NCBI GenBank assembly: GCA_963768055.1
Contig: CAVYGN010000001.1
Location: 32,001-96,000 of the forward strand
Reading direction: 5' to 3'
DNA length: 64,000 bases
DNA from: an uncultured Spirochaetota bacterium
GTDB taxonomy: Bacteria; Spirochaetota; Brevinematia; Brevinematales; JAOACQ01
The position numbers and the translations under genes are program-made. The notes beneath the pieces were generated by a model. That model searched no databases and was not told where the DNA came from. It saw only the letters and a program-made list of their open reading frames with translations. Below, piece after piece: positions 29,813 through 38,752 of this stretch (the stretch's first letter is position 1; each line of letters starts with the position of its first letter).

Positions 29813-31702
29813 ATGATGAAAAAAGCAGAAGCGATCGTTTTGATCATTTTATTGATCCTGATAAAAGGTTTGATTTCAGGGCAGGATGACAGCAGCTACT
29901 ATCCCGGCGATACCTGGCGGACATCTACGGCGGAAGCTCAGGGGATGGATTCCGGATACCTCGTCAAAATGATGGATGATATTCAATCGAATAATTTGAA
30001 TATACACAGCATGATAATTATAAGGCATGGATATGTTGTTATGGAAGCTTACAGAGAACCCTTCGGAAAGGACAATATTCATGCCATTAATTCATGCACT
30101 AAGAACGTAGCGTCAGCTTTGATCGGCATCGCTCTGAGGGAAGGCTATATTAAAAGCATCGATCAAAGGGTGGTTGATATCTTTTCAAACCTGAATATTA
30201 AAAATCTGGATGATAACAAGCGGGCTATGACAATTAAACACCTGCTTACCGAGAGTTCCGGAATCAATTTTACCGGGTTATATCCCGATGGATACTTAAA
30301 CGCCCCCGATTGGACCCGATTTTATCTCGATCAGCCGATGGCCGCGCCGCCCGGCAAGGTGTTTCATTATGATTCCGCGGGCGTGAATCTCCTTATGGCA
30401 ATTCTGCAGAAAACCAGCGGCTTGAAAAATTCGGATTTTGCCGATAAATTCCTCTTCAAACCGATAGGCATTACCAAATACTACTGGCAGTCCGATCCTC
30501 AAGGTCTTAATCTGGGGGGTATGGGGCTTGCATTGACGCCTATGGAAATGGCCAGGTTCGGTTATCTTTATCTGAAAAAGGGTTTATGGAATGGAAAGAG
30601 GGTAATACCTGCCGATTGGGTAGAGGCGTCCCTGTCCAGTCAGATAAAACCGCCTGCCTGGTTTTCTAAAGACAAGGGGCACGGCTACCTCTGGTGGGAG
30701 CTTCAATCCGGAGGATTCGCGGGGATCGGCCATGGGGGGCAATATATAATTGTCATGCCCGGGCGGGATATGGTGATCGTAATTAACTCCGGACTTTCCG
30801 ATAAAACTCATTGGCAAACTGTAAGCCCTCTGATAGAATATATAAACAAGTCTGTCGTATCCGGTAAAAGTATCGTGGAAAATCCGGAAAAACAAGCAGA
30901 ACTGTCGGAGGCCATCAGGAATTTGGCGAATCCGGCAAGCAAAACGGCAATTATTATTCCGGAAACGGCTCAGAGAATATCCGGTAAAAAATATATCCTG
31001 AATCCAAACTCATGGAATTTAAAAACCCTTATGGTGACTTTTAATGGAAAGGACGAATGTATTGCCGAACTGGGCTGGCCCGGTTTTCTGTTCTTTGACT
31101 ACCGTTACGAAATTGCAATCGGATTGGACGGCAAATACTGGGAGAATAGATTTGCCCCTGATTTTCGCCAGCGCGAACTTTCACGGGGTAAATGGGTCAG
31201 TAATGATACTTTTGTTATTGAATATTACAGGCCCTGGGCCGATAGCAGTAAAATTCTTTGTGTTTGCCAAATTGATCATGACAGGTTTTCAATGACATTG
31301 GAATCGACTACCGGAGAATGGCTGCAGGAGTTTACAGGGAAAATGGAACAACAGATTTTCTTATTTGAAGCGGCTTCCAGGGGCGATTATAACTTCATAA
31401 AAAGTTATCGGGGCTATATCGACGATAAAGACGATTACGGCAAGACGGCAATGATGTACGCCGCCGATGCCCTGACGGTTAAAACGTTAATCGCAGCCGG
31501 GGCCGATATAAATTCGGTTGATGAAAAAGGCTGGACGGCATTGATGTATGCGGTCAAGGAAGGAAAAACGGATGCGGTTAAAGAATTGATCGAAGACGGT
31601 TCCGATATAAACGCGAAAGATAATTACGGCAGGACGGCTATATTTTGGGCTAAAAATGAAGCTATAGTAAATCTGTTTAAAAATGCAAAAGCCGGGAAAT
31701 AG
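29813..31702 (+). CDS. Serine hydrolase (class C beta-lactamase-like) with C-terminal ankyrin repeats
   Basis: SCTK (SxxK), FHYDS, GYLWW and GHGGQ motifs; GKTAMMYA, GWTALMYAV and GRTAIFWA ankyrin repeats. Confidence 0.85.
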   Translation: MMKKAEAIVLIILLILIKGLISGQDDSSYYPGDTWRTSTAEAQGMDSGYLVKMMDDIQSNNLNIHSMIIIRHGYVVMEAYREPFGKDNIHAINSCTKNVASALIGIALREGYIKSIDQRVVDIFSNLNIKNLDDNKRAMTIKHLLTESSGINFTGLYPDGYLNAPDWTRFYLDQPMAAPPGKVFHYDSAGVNLLMAILQKTSGLKNSDFADKFLFKPIGITKYYWQSDPQGLNLGGMGLALTPMEMARFGYLYLKKGLWNGKRVIPADWVEASLSSQIKPPAWFSKDKGHGYLWWELQSGGFAGIGHGGQYIIVMPGRDMVIVINSGLSDKTHWQTVSPLIEYINKSVVSGKSIVENPEKQAELSEAIRNLANPASKTAIIIPETAQRISGKKYILNPNSWNLKTLMVTFNGKDECIAELGWPGFLFFDYRYEIAIGLDGKYWENRFAPDFRQRELSRGKWVSNDTFVIEYYRPWADSSKILCVCQIDHDRFSMTLESTTGEWLQEFTGKMEQQIFLFEAASRGDYNFIKSYRGYIDDKDDYGKTAMMYAADALTVKTLIAAGADINSVDEKGWTALMYAVKEGKTDAVKELIEDGSDINAKDNYGRTAIFWAKNEAIVNLFKNAKAGK

Positions 31703-31800
31703 GATATAGGGGTAACCAGGCTGATAAAAATATATAAAATGTGCTTGACATCATAATCGTAATATTATAATATTAAGATATTGATTTTAGGAAAATAGAA

Positions 31801-32061
31801 ATGGAATTTGTTAAGGATAGCGAACTTCTTAAAGCGCTGGGCCATCCGGTCAGGCTTCGGATCGTAGCCGCCCTTGCCGGAAGCAAGGAGTGCAACGTTA
31901 ATAATATGGTGTCCAGGCTTAATATACCGCAATCGACGGTTTCCCAGCATCTTGGAATATTGAAAAGCCGGGGTATAATTACATTCAGGAAGAAAGGGGT
32001 GGAAACTTGTTATTTTGTGGAAGATGAAAGGGTAAAAAAGATACTAGAAGCGCTGGGATAA
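31801..32061 (+). CDS. ArsR/SmtB family transcriptional regulator
   Basis: LKALGHPVRLRI...ECNV...QSTVSQHLGILK. Confidence 0.92.
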   Translation: MEFVKDSELLKALGHPVRLRIVAALAGSKECNVNNMVSRLNIPQSTVSQHLGILKSRGIITFRKKGVETCYFVEDERVKKILEALG

Positions 32062-32075
32062 TTTTATTTTGAATA

Positions 32076-32603
32076 TTACCTTCCGGTGAGGGCCTTCATC
32101 AGGTTATCGACTTCCTCCTGGTTGATGAAGGATTTTCTGTCGAATGCGAGTTGAAGATGCGACTCGCGAAGCTTGAGAAGAAGGCTGTAGGTTATTACCA
32201 TCAGTATCTTGACCCCTGCGATGGGGTAGAGTTTGAAAAAAGACAAAAGCCCGTTCCTCTCGATTTCGATAAGCTCAGTGCGTTCAAGGGCGTAAACATC
32301 GGCAGTCCGCTTCATGTTTATGAAAAGCGCCGCCTCTCCGAAAATATCGCCTTCGCCGATCGAGCTCAAAAAAACGTCCTTTTTTTCATCCTCATGTATC
32401 ATTACATTTACAGATCCGTTTGCAATTACGTAAAGATTAGGGTTGACCTCATTTTCACCGATGATCTTCTCGCCCTTTGCAAACTGCACAAATTTACAGA
32501 ATCCGTAAAGGTTGTCGAGGTCGTCGTCGCTGAGATACTGAAAGGTTTTTGTGCTTTTCAGGACTTTGAAAGCGGCATCTTTTGCCATAGTAATCTGTTC
32601 CAT
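32076..32603 (-). CDS. Cyclic nucleotide-binding domain protein
   Basis: GDIFGEAAL...RTADV cNMP-binding cassette. Confidence 0.88.
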   Translation of the reverse strand: MEQITMAKDAAFKVLKSTKTFQYLSDDDLDNLYGFCKFVQFAKGEKIIGENEVNPNLYVIANGSVNVMIHEDEKKDVFLSSIGEGDIFGEAALFINMKRTADVYALERTELIEIERNGLLSFFKLYPIAGVKILMVITYSLLLKLRESHLQLAFDRKSFINQEEVDNLMKALTGR

Positions 32604-32770
32604 TATCGATATCCTCCATTATAGGTGATATTAAAGTATAAACAAATATAATAAAAAAATTCCGGTTGGAAAATCTATATGTGAAAAACCCGCATGAATC
32701 TTTTTTCCCGCCGCCGGCGATTGTCACTAAGCTCTATTGAAAAATATGACCGCTGGCAGCCTGTTCTGAT

Positions 32771-33154
32771 TTATTTTCTAAAAGCTCCCTGTATTATCAA
32801 TACCCCTGAAACAGAAAAAATATAGGGACATAGTTTAAACGGCAGGAAATCGATATTATATCCGGTGAATAATGATAATATCGCCATCGAGAATAGCATA
32901 ATTGAAGACGATATATAGATCAATTTTGAGGTTTTATTATTCTCTTTATTGATAACTGCCGTTATAAAAACGAGCAAGCCGATAAAGATTAAAGTAAATC
33001 CTTCATTGATCCATTCCATTAAAATTATGTTTTTATTATTAGCCGACAGAGTACCGTAAACTCCGTTCGCAACGGCGCTCGCCGGGATTAAGTGAGAAGC
33101 GCCCCACAGGAAAGCTGATAAACCGCCGATCATAACAAAAATTTTTCTATACAT
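32771..33154 (-). CDS. Small integral membrane protein (4 TM)
   Basis: Four hydrophobic segments; AAGGAGG RBS. Confidence 0.7.
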   Translation of the reverse strand: MYRKIFVMIGGLSAFLWGASHLIPASAVANGVYGTLSANNKNIILMEWINEGFTLIFIGLLVFITAVINKENNKTSKLIYISSSIMLFSMAILSLFTGYNIDFLPFKLCPYIFSVSGVLIIQGAFRK

Positions 33155-33318
33155 ATTTTCCTCCTTACTTTGCACCGATAATTATATTTGTTAAGCCGCT
33201 GTTTAATTCAAAACTTCATCCTTAAAAACCGGCATAAAAGCCGGCCCTACTTTGTACATTCCCCATGGTTCGGCCGGTCCGAAGAGGCCCATATCCAATT
33301 TGCCGTTGCCGTATACTT

Positions 33319-33618
33319 CTATTTTTTTGATGAACTTTTCATTACAGGACCAAGATAATCCTTGACAAAAAATCCGAGTTCTTCCGATTTCATCAGGGAA
33401 AAACAAAGAACTTTCCCATTCATGGTCCAGCTGATCAAAGCCAATTTATCGCCGGCTTTAATATCCGCCTTATCTCTCACTTCTTTAGGCAGGACCATCT
33501 GTCCCCTCTCGTCAACGGTGATGAGAGATTCGACCCGGCACTTGCTGTCATTGCAGCATGAAGGCTCATTAATACAATCGGATCCGCATACTTTTGATTC
33601 TTCACTTTTTTTATCCAT
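33319..33618 (-). CDS. hgcC: AbrB/MazE-fold protein of the HgcAB-associated (HgcC) type
   Basis: Cys-rich N-terminus followed by CRVESLITVDERGQMVLPKEVRDKADIKAGDKLALISW. Confidence 0.7.
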   Translation of the reverse strand: MDKKSEESKVCGSDCINEPSCCNDSKCRVESLITVDERGQMVLPKEVRDKADIKAGDKLALISWTMNGKVLCFSLMKSEELGFFVKDYLGPVMKSSSKK

Positions 33619-33631
33619 TTAATTTCTCCTA

Positions 33632-33671
33632 ATTCTGATATATCAGAATAATCTATAAAATCAGAATAATC
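33632..33671. promoter_or_regulatory. Putative operator of the hgcC-like gene
   Basis: Perfect palindrome ATTCTGATATATCAGAAT (33632-33649) and direct repeat ATCAGAATAATC (33642 and 33660) next to the RBS. Confidence 0.6.
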
Positions 33672-33784
33672 ATAATGGATTTATAATTCTAACATAAATA
33701 ATCTTATTTTTCAAACGATACTAATTATTTGCAGGTTATAGGCCTGCGGATTATAATGAAGGATAATCCGTGGTAGAGTAAATT

Positions 33785-35419
33785 ATGAAGAGGCGAGTTA
33801 TGAAAAATTTCTGGGCCTTATTTTTTGTATTGGGGTCTGCTTTCAGCTTTCTGGGCGCTGAAGAAAAGACAAACCTGGATTCCGTGATCACTTCCGTGAT
33901 TGTATTTTCCGACAGGGCGCAGGTTACACGCAGCGCTGAGCTTACTCTTGCCCAGGGGGATTACGTCCTGGTTTTCGACATGCCTGATTCCATGGATTTA
34001 AAGAGCGTCCGGGCGAGCGGAAGCGGGAACGGCCGGATCAAGGACGTCAGTCTTATTACAAAATTCGTAACCGAAATATCCGATGACCGGATAAAGGCCC
34101 TATATGCCGAGAAAGAGAAAATGGAATCGGAGTTGAAAGATGACGACTTAAAAACAGCGAGAATAAATAATGAAGTCGATTTCCTGCAGAAAATGAAGGG
34201 AAAAGTAACCGGTGAAAACAATACACAGCTGGCTGTTGAAAAATGGACGGCTTTGATAGCGTTTTACCGGACCCGCCTGGATAGCCTGGATAGGGAAAAA
34301 CAAGCAGCCGAGCAGGAACAGAAGTCGATCAGGGGTAAACTCGACAAGATCAACTCTAAAATACAGGATTCGAACGCTATGCTGGGCAAGTCTAAAAAAC
34401 AGGTCGAAATATTGTTTTACTGTGGGGGCGGAGGTAAAAATACGATAAGGTTGTCTTATATCGTTTATAACGCCGGCTGGCTGCCGGTTTACGATCTCAG
34501 GGTCGATAAGGACGAAAAAAAGGTCTCCCTGTCCTATTTCGGCATGATCAGGCAGAACACCGGTGAAAACTGGGATAACACCGCAATCAGCCTCTCGACG
34601 GCAAAGCCCTATGCCGGCGGCAATCAGCCCGAGCTTTCAGCCTGGTACATAGATGAAGCGAGGCGATACCCGGAAATTTCATCCCTTGAAGAAAAATCGG
34701 AGGCCCCAAAAAAATCGGGCATGAAAGATGAAATTACCCGGGACTATAAAGAACAGGCTCCTATTATAAACGAAGGAGCACAGGTCGATACGGGCGCAAC
34801 CTCAGTCGATTTCCAGATCGGCGGCAGATCTACTATAGACAGCGACAATGTCCCGCACAAACTCGGGATCCTGGAAACAGCTTTCGATGCTGCTTTCCAT
34901 TATTCCGCAGTCCCGAAACTTTCCCCTTACGCATATTTGAAAGCCGGAACAACGAACATTACGGAATATCCCTTTTTACCCGGCGAAGCCGGCATTTATT
35001 CGGACAACTCTTTCGTATCGACTTCCCGCCTTGAACTGGTCGCTCCCGGCGAGGAATTCCGGATGTTCCTGGGAATTGACGAGGCTATCCGGATTCGGCA
35101 TAACCTGGTCAAACGCGAGAAGATGAAGTCCGGTTTTCTTGCGAATAATGTCAAATACCGGTATGAGTACTTGACTTTTATAAAAAACAACCGCAGGGAT
35201 AGCGTAGAATTGACATTATACGACCAGATCCCGATCGCCCTTAATGCGGAAATCAAAGTGGAATTGCTGGAGCCGGAATTAAAAAATACGACAAATGTCA
35301 AGTTGAATGAAAATAAGACATTGGAGTGGAATTTTAGTATCAGACCCGGCCAGGAATTGAGCGTTCCCCTCATTTTTACCGTGGAACACCCGGAAAATAT
35401 GGCAGTCAATGGATTGTAA
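33785..35419 (+). CDS. DUF4140/DUF4139 (MuiA-like) protein
   Basis: ITSVIVFSDRAQVTR, coiled coil, AGWLPVYDLR, QNTGENW and DQIP motifs. Confidence 0.88.
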   Translation: MKRRVMKNFWALFFVLGSAFSFLGAEEKTNLDSVITSVIVFSDRAQVTRSAELTLAQGDYVLVFDMPDSMDLKSVRASGSGNGRIKDVSLITKFVTEISDDRIKALYAEKEKMESELKDDDLKTARINNEVDFLQKMKGKVTGENNTQLAVEKWTALIAFYRTRLDSLDREKQAAEQEQKSIRGKLDKINSKIQDSNAMLGKSKKQVEILFYCGGGGKNTIRLSYIVYNAGWLPVYDLRVDKDEKKVSLSYFGMIRQNTGENWDNTAISLSTAKPYAGGNQPELSAWYIDEARRYPEISSLEEKSEAPKKSGMKDEITRDYKEQAPIINEGAQVDTGATSVDFQIGGRSTIDSDNVPHKLGILETAFDAAFHYSAVPKLSPYAYLKAGTTNITEYPFLPGEAGIYSDNSFVSTSRLELVAPGEEFRMFLGIDEAIRIRHNLVKREKMKSGFLANNVKYRYEYLTFIKNNRRDSVELTLYDQIPIALNAEIKVELLEPELKNTTNVKLNENKTLEWNFSIRPGQELSVPLIFTVEHPENMAVNGL

Positions 35420-35435
35420 TTTCCGGCAGGTTGTA

Positions 35436-36695
35436 TTATGCATTACCGGGAGATGCGTTCCTTTGCTTTTTATTGGGATCGGCAAAAAAAAGCATTGAAA
35501 GCATCAATAAAACCCCGATGCCGATCGTTATAAAACATATTCTGATCCCGAAAGCCTGGCTTAGCCCCCCCGCTATCAGGTTTCCGATAGGCGTTGTCCC
35601 GGCATTAACAAGCAGATAGACGCTGATTACCATGCTTCTGTATTCATCGCTCGATTTTATTTGAAGAGTTGAATTAGCTGAAGTAAAAAATGAAGATGTT
35701 ATAAACCCGGTAAGAGCCAGTAAAAAAGATGATAACACCAGATTGGCGTTCAAGCCGATAATAATAAAAATTACTGAAACAGCGAAACCCGCGCCGGTCA
35801 GTACAAAATTTTTAGGCCCATGTTTGCTTCTGGAGGCTATAAAAAGAGCTCCGGAAAGAGAGCCCGCCCCCATGCAGGACCATAAAAAGCCCAATCCCTG
35901 TTCTTTCTGGTGAAGGCCGGCTTTAGCCAGGACAGGCATAAGGACATTAAAATTCATAATAAATGTGCCTATGATAAAAACTGAAATGACAGTCTTCAGG
36001 AGAATTTTATTTGAAAAAATATATTTTAACCCGTTGTAAATATTACTCAGAATATTAGAGCTGCCTGCCTCTTTCCTGTAACTGAAAATCGGCACTATAA
36101 AAAACATCCCGGCAATTAAAGGCAGAAAACTAAGGGCGTTTATCAGGAAACACCATCCTATCCCTAAACCGGCCATCAATAACCCTGCTATGGCAGGGCC
36201 GACGATACGCGCCCCGTTATGGACAGCGGAATTAAGGCCGATTACGTTCATTAAATCGCCTTTTCCGATCATTTCAATGATAAACGACTGCCGGGCGGGA
36301 AAATCTATAGCGCTGATAGAACCAAGCGCCAATGACAAAATAACCAGGTGCCAGTACTGGATCAGGCGGGAAAAAACAAGGAAAGCTAAAATAAAGGCGA
36401 TCACAGCCTGGGCGCTCTGGGTAAAAATTATTATTTTCTTTTTTTCATACCTGTCTATCGCAGCGCCTGCAAAAAGGGAAAAGAACATAACGGGCAAATA
36501 CTGCATTGCCCCGACAACTCCCAGCAGGAAAGCGGAGCCTGTGATGGAATAAGCAAGCCAGGGAAGGCTTATTGTCTGCATCCAGCTTCCTATCTGGGAA
36601 ATTACCTGCCCTGAAAAGAATATCCTGTAATTTATGTGGCTTAAGGAATGAAATGATTTTTTTAATTTTCCAATTAATAGATATATATTAAACAT
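35436..36695 (-). CDS. MFS transporter (MFS_3/DUF894-like)
   Basis: NYRIFFSGQVISQIGSWMQ, PARQSF and ARIVGPAIAG motifs. Confidence 0.88.
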   Translation of the reverse strand: MFNIYLLIGKLKKSFHSLSHINYRIFFSGQVISQIGSWMQTISLPWLAYSITGSAFLLGVVGAMQYLPVMFFSLFAGAAIDRYEKKKIIIFTQSAQAVIAFILAFLVFSRLIQYWHLVILSLALGSISAIDFPARQSFIIEMIGKGDLMNVIGLNSAVHNGARIVGPAIAGLLMAGLGIGWCFLINALSFLPLIAGMFFIVPIFSYRKEAGSSNILSNIYNGLKYIFSNKILLKTVISVFIIGTFIMNFNVLMPVLAKAGLHQKEQGLGFLWSCMGAGSLSGALFIASRSKHGPKNFVLTGAGFAVSVIFIIIGLNANLVLSSFLLALTGFITSSFFTSANSTLQIKSSDEYRSMVISVYLLVNAGTTPIGNLIAGGLSQAFGIRICFITIGIGVLLMLSMLFFADPNKKQRNASPGNA

Positions 36696-36930
36696 ATAAT
36701 AACCGGCGAAGCAGCCGTCAAAGCGTTACCGCTGCTACCGCTTTTTTAGCGAGTCCGCCGATAGCATCAATCCCTTCTATTGATATTACAATTACGCAGT
36801 ACGTAAATGTTATTATAATAATATATTTGATATAATAGCTTGTCAAGGTACATGTTTATATCAAAGGGTGATTCTGCAAGTATTGATATGTGAGGCGGCA
36901 GGATTTTTATCCCGAAAAAGAAAATTAGTA

Positions 36931-36983
36931 TTGACAATGTAATTATTTTAAGCTATAGTTTACATATGACCGGGCGGTCATAT
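36931..36983 (+). promoter_or_regulatory. sigma70 promoter followed by a TetR-type palindrome
   Basis: TTGACA-N17-TATAGT, then ATATGACCG-GG-CGGTCATAT (36964-36983). Confidence 0.6.
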
Positions 36984-37105
36984 TATTTAAAAAATTTTAA
37001 TGAAAGTTGACGAGAATACTATTTTTAGTTTAACATAACAGCATCAAGTCATGAAAATCAGGCTTTGATGCCGGCCCGGTCGAGTATAAGCGGAAGGGGA
37101 TAGTT

Positions 37106-37222
37106 ATGTCTCAAATACTTTTTAATCCGGCATTAAATTGTTTTAGAAACATTCCTGTTTTCTCGGGATGCAAGTTCTGGATCAAAGGGATTCCCTTCTC
37201 CGAGCCTCCCAGTCCCAAATAA
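37106..37222 (+). CDS. Putative Pro-rich leader peptide (38 aa)
   Basis: AAGGGGA RBS, then MSQILFNPALNCFRNIPVFSGCKFWIKGIPFSEPPSPK*; ends 56 nt before the NRAMP-like gene. Confidence 0.5.
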   Translation: MSQILFNPALNCFRNIPVFSGCKFWIKGIPFSEPPSPK

Positions 37223-37278
37223 CCAAAATTCCATACCGGTTCTAATCGCAATTAAGACGGTTATACAGGAGGCTGATC

Positions 37279-38553
37279 ATGCGCTTTTGGGACAAATTAT
37301 ATTTCAATCTGAAAAGATATTTCAAATCGATTCAATTATTTCTGATCATAAGCGGTCCGGGTATCATTGTTATGATGGCCGATAACGATGCGGGCGGTAT
37401 TACGACTTATGCCGCCACTGGAGCGAAATACGGTTATCATCTGATCTGGTTTATGATCCTGCTTTTTCCCGTGGCTTATTACGTACAGGAAATGACCGTA
37501 AGGTTAGGCGCGGTAACGAAGCATGGCCATGCCGAAGCGATATTCAGCGCGTTCGGCCCCTTCTGGGGCTGGTTTTCTCTGATCAACCTGGGTATTGTCG
37601 ACTGGCTCACCCTTGTAACGGAATTCATTGGCATGACCGCGGCTATGAGCATTTTCCACGTTGCGCCCCTTATAACGATTGCCATCGTGATCGTTATCAT
37701 GGGTATTATGATCATTCAGGGGCGCTACTGGACCTGGGAAAAGATCGCTATCGCCTTTTCGATATTGAACGTCATATACATTCCAGCCTGTATTATGGTC
37801 AAACCGAGCGTTTCGGATATAATCAGGATAGGCCTTATACCCCATTTCCCCGGCGGATTTAATGTCGATATCTTCTTTTTTATCATGGCTAATATCGGCA
37901 CTACTATAGCTCCCTGGATGATTTTCTTCCAGCAGAGCGCGGTTGTAGACAAGGGGATGCAGGAAAAGGACATCCCCTGGGGCAAATTCGACACCTTAAA
38001 CGGCGCGGCATGGACGGTCATAGTCGCAATAGTTATTATTATCGCTGCAGGTACGGTTCTTCTCGGCCAGCCTATCGATAACGCCGCCCAGGCGGCCCTT
38101 GTGCTGATGAAGACCAATCAATGGGTCGGGACAATGATTGCAATCGGACTTTTCGATGCGGGTTTATTGGGCGCAATATGCATTTCGCTTGCGACCTCAT
38201 GGGCTTTCGGGGAAGTATTCGGCTGGGCGCATTCGCTCAATAAAAAGGTTAAAGAAGCGCCCTGGTTTTACGGCGCTTATTTTATTCTTCTCTCATCGGC
38301 AGCCGCTGTGGTTCTTATCCCAAACGCTCCCCTTGTGCTGATAACTCTTTTTGTCCAGGTCGTTGCCGTGACCCTTCTCCCCGCGGCGCTGGTATTCCTG
38401 ATCCTGCTGTTAAACGATAAAAAACTTATGGGAAAACACGCCAATACGCCCCTCGAGAATATTATTAATATCACTATTGTATCAATCATCATTGTAATAT
38501 CTACGCTTTACGGGATAAGCGCGATTTTCCCCGAATTTTTTGCGGTTAAATAA
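37279..38553 (+). CDS. NRAMP-family divalent metal transporter (Mg2+-type clade)
   Basis: GPGIIVMMADNDAGG (instead of the MntH DPGN) and GTTIAPWM; adjacent to an MgtE-CBS gene. Confidence 0.85.
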   Translation: MRFWDKLYFNLKRYFKSIQLFLIISGPGIIVMMADNDAGGITTYAATGAKYGYHLIWFMILLFPVAYYVQEMTVRLGAVTKHGHAEAIFSAFGPFWGWFSLINLGIVDWLTLVTEFIGMTAAMSIFHVAPLITIAIVIVIMGIMIIQGRYWTWEKIAIAFSILNVIYIPACIMVKPSVSDIIRIGLIPHFPGGFNVDIFFFIMANIGTTIAPWMIFFQQSAVVDKGMQEKDIPWGKFDTLNGAAWTVIVAIVIIIAAGTVLLGQPIDNAAQAALVLMKTNQWVGTMIAIGLFDAGLLGAICISLATSWAFGEVFGWAHSLNKKVKEAPWFYGAYFILLSSAAAVVLIPNAPLVLITLFVQVVAVTLLPAALVFLILLLNDKKLMGKHANTPLENIINITIVSIIIVISTLYGISAIFPEFFAVK

Positions 38554-38565
38554 GGAGGGTTTATA

Positions 38566-38742
38566 ATGCTGCGAATGATTAACGGGTTTTTAAAAAGCAT
38601 ATCGGAAATAAATAAGAAGTATAAAACCCCTACCATAAAGATAACGCCGATGGTCAGGTTTTCTCTCTTTATTCTCCGCATGTATCTGTTAATACTTGTC
38701 GGATTATTGGTATTCCGATTCATTACTCTATTGCATAAATAG
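38566..38742 (+). CDS. Small membrane protein (58 aa) between the NRAMP and MgtE-CBS genes
   Basis: AAGGAGG RBS; MLRMINGFLKSISEINKKYKTPTIKITPMVRFSLFILRMYLLILVGLLVFRFITLLHK*; its stop overlaps the next RBS. Confidence 0.75.
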   Translation: MLRMINGFLKSISEINKKYKTPTIKITPMVRFSLFILRMYLLILVGLLVFRFITLLHK

Positions 38743-38752
38743 GAGGTTTTTC

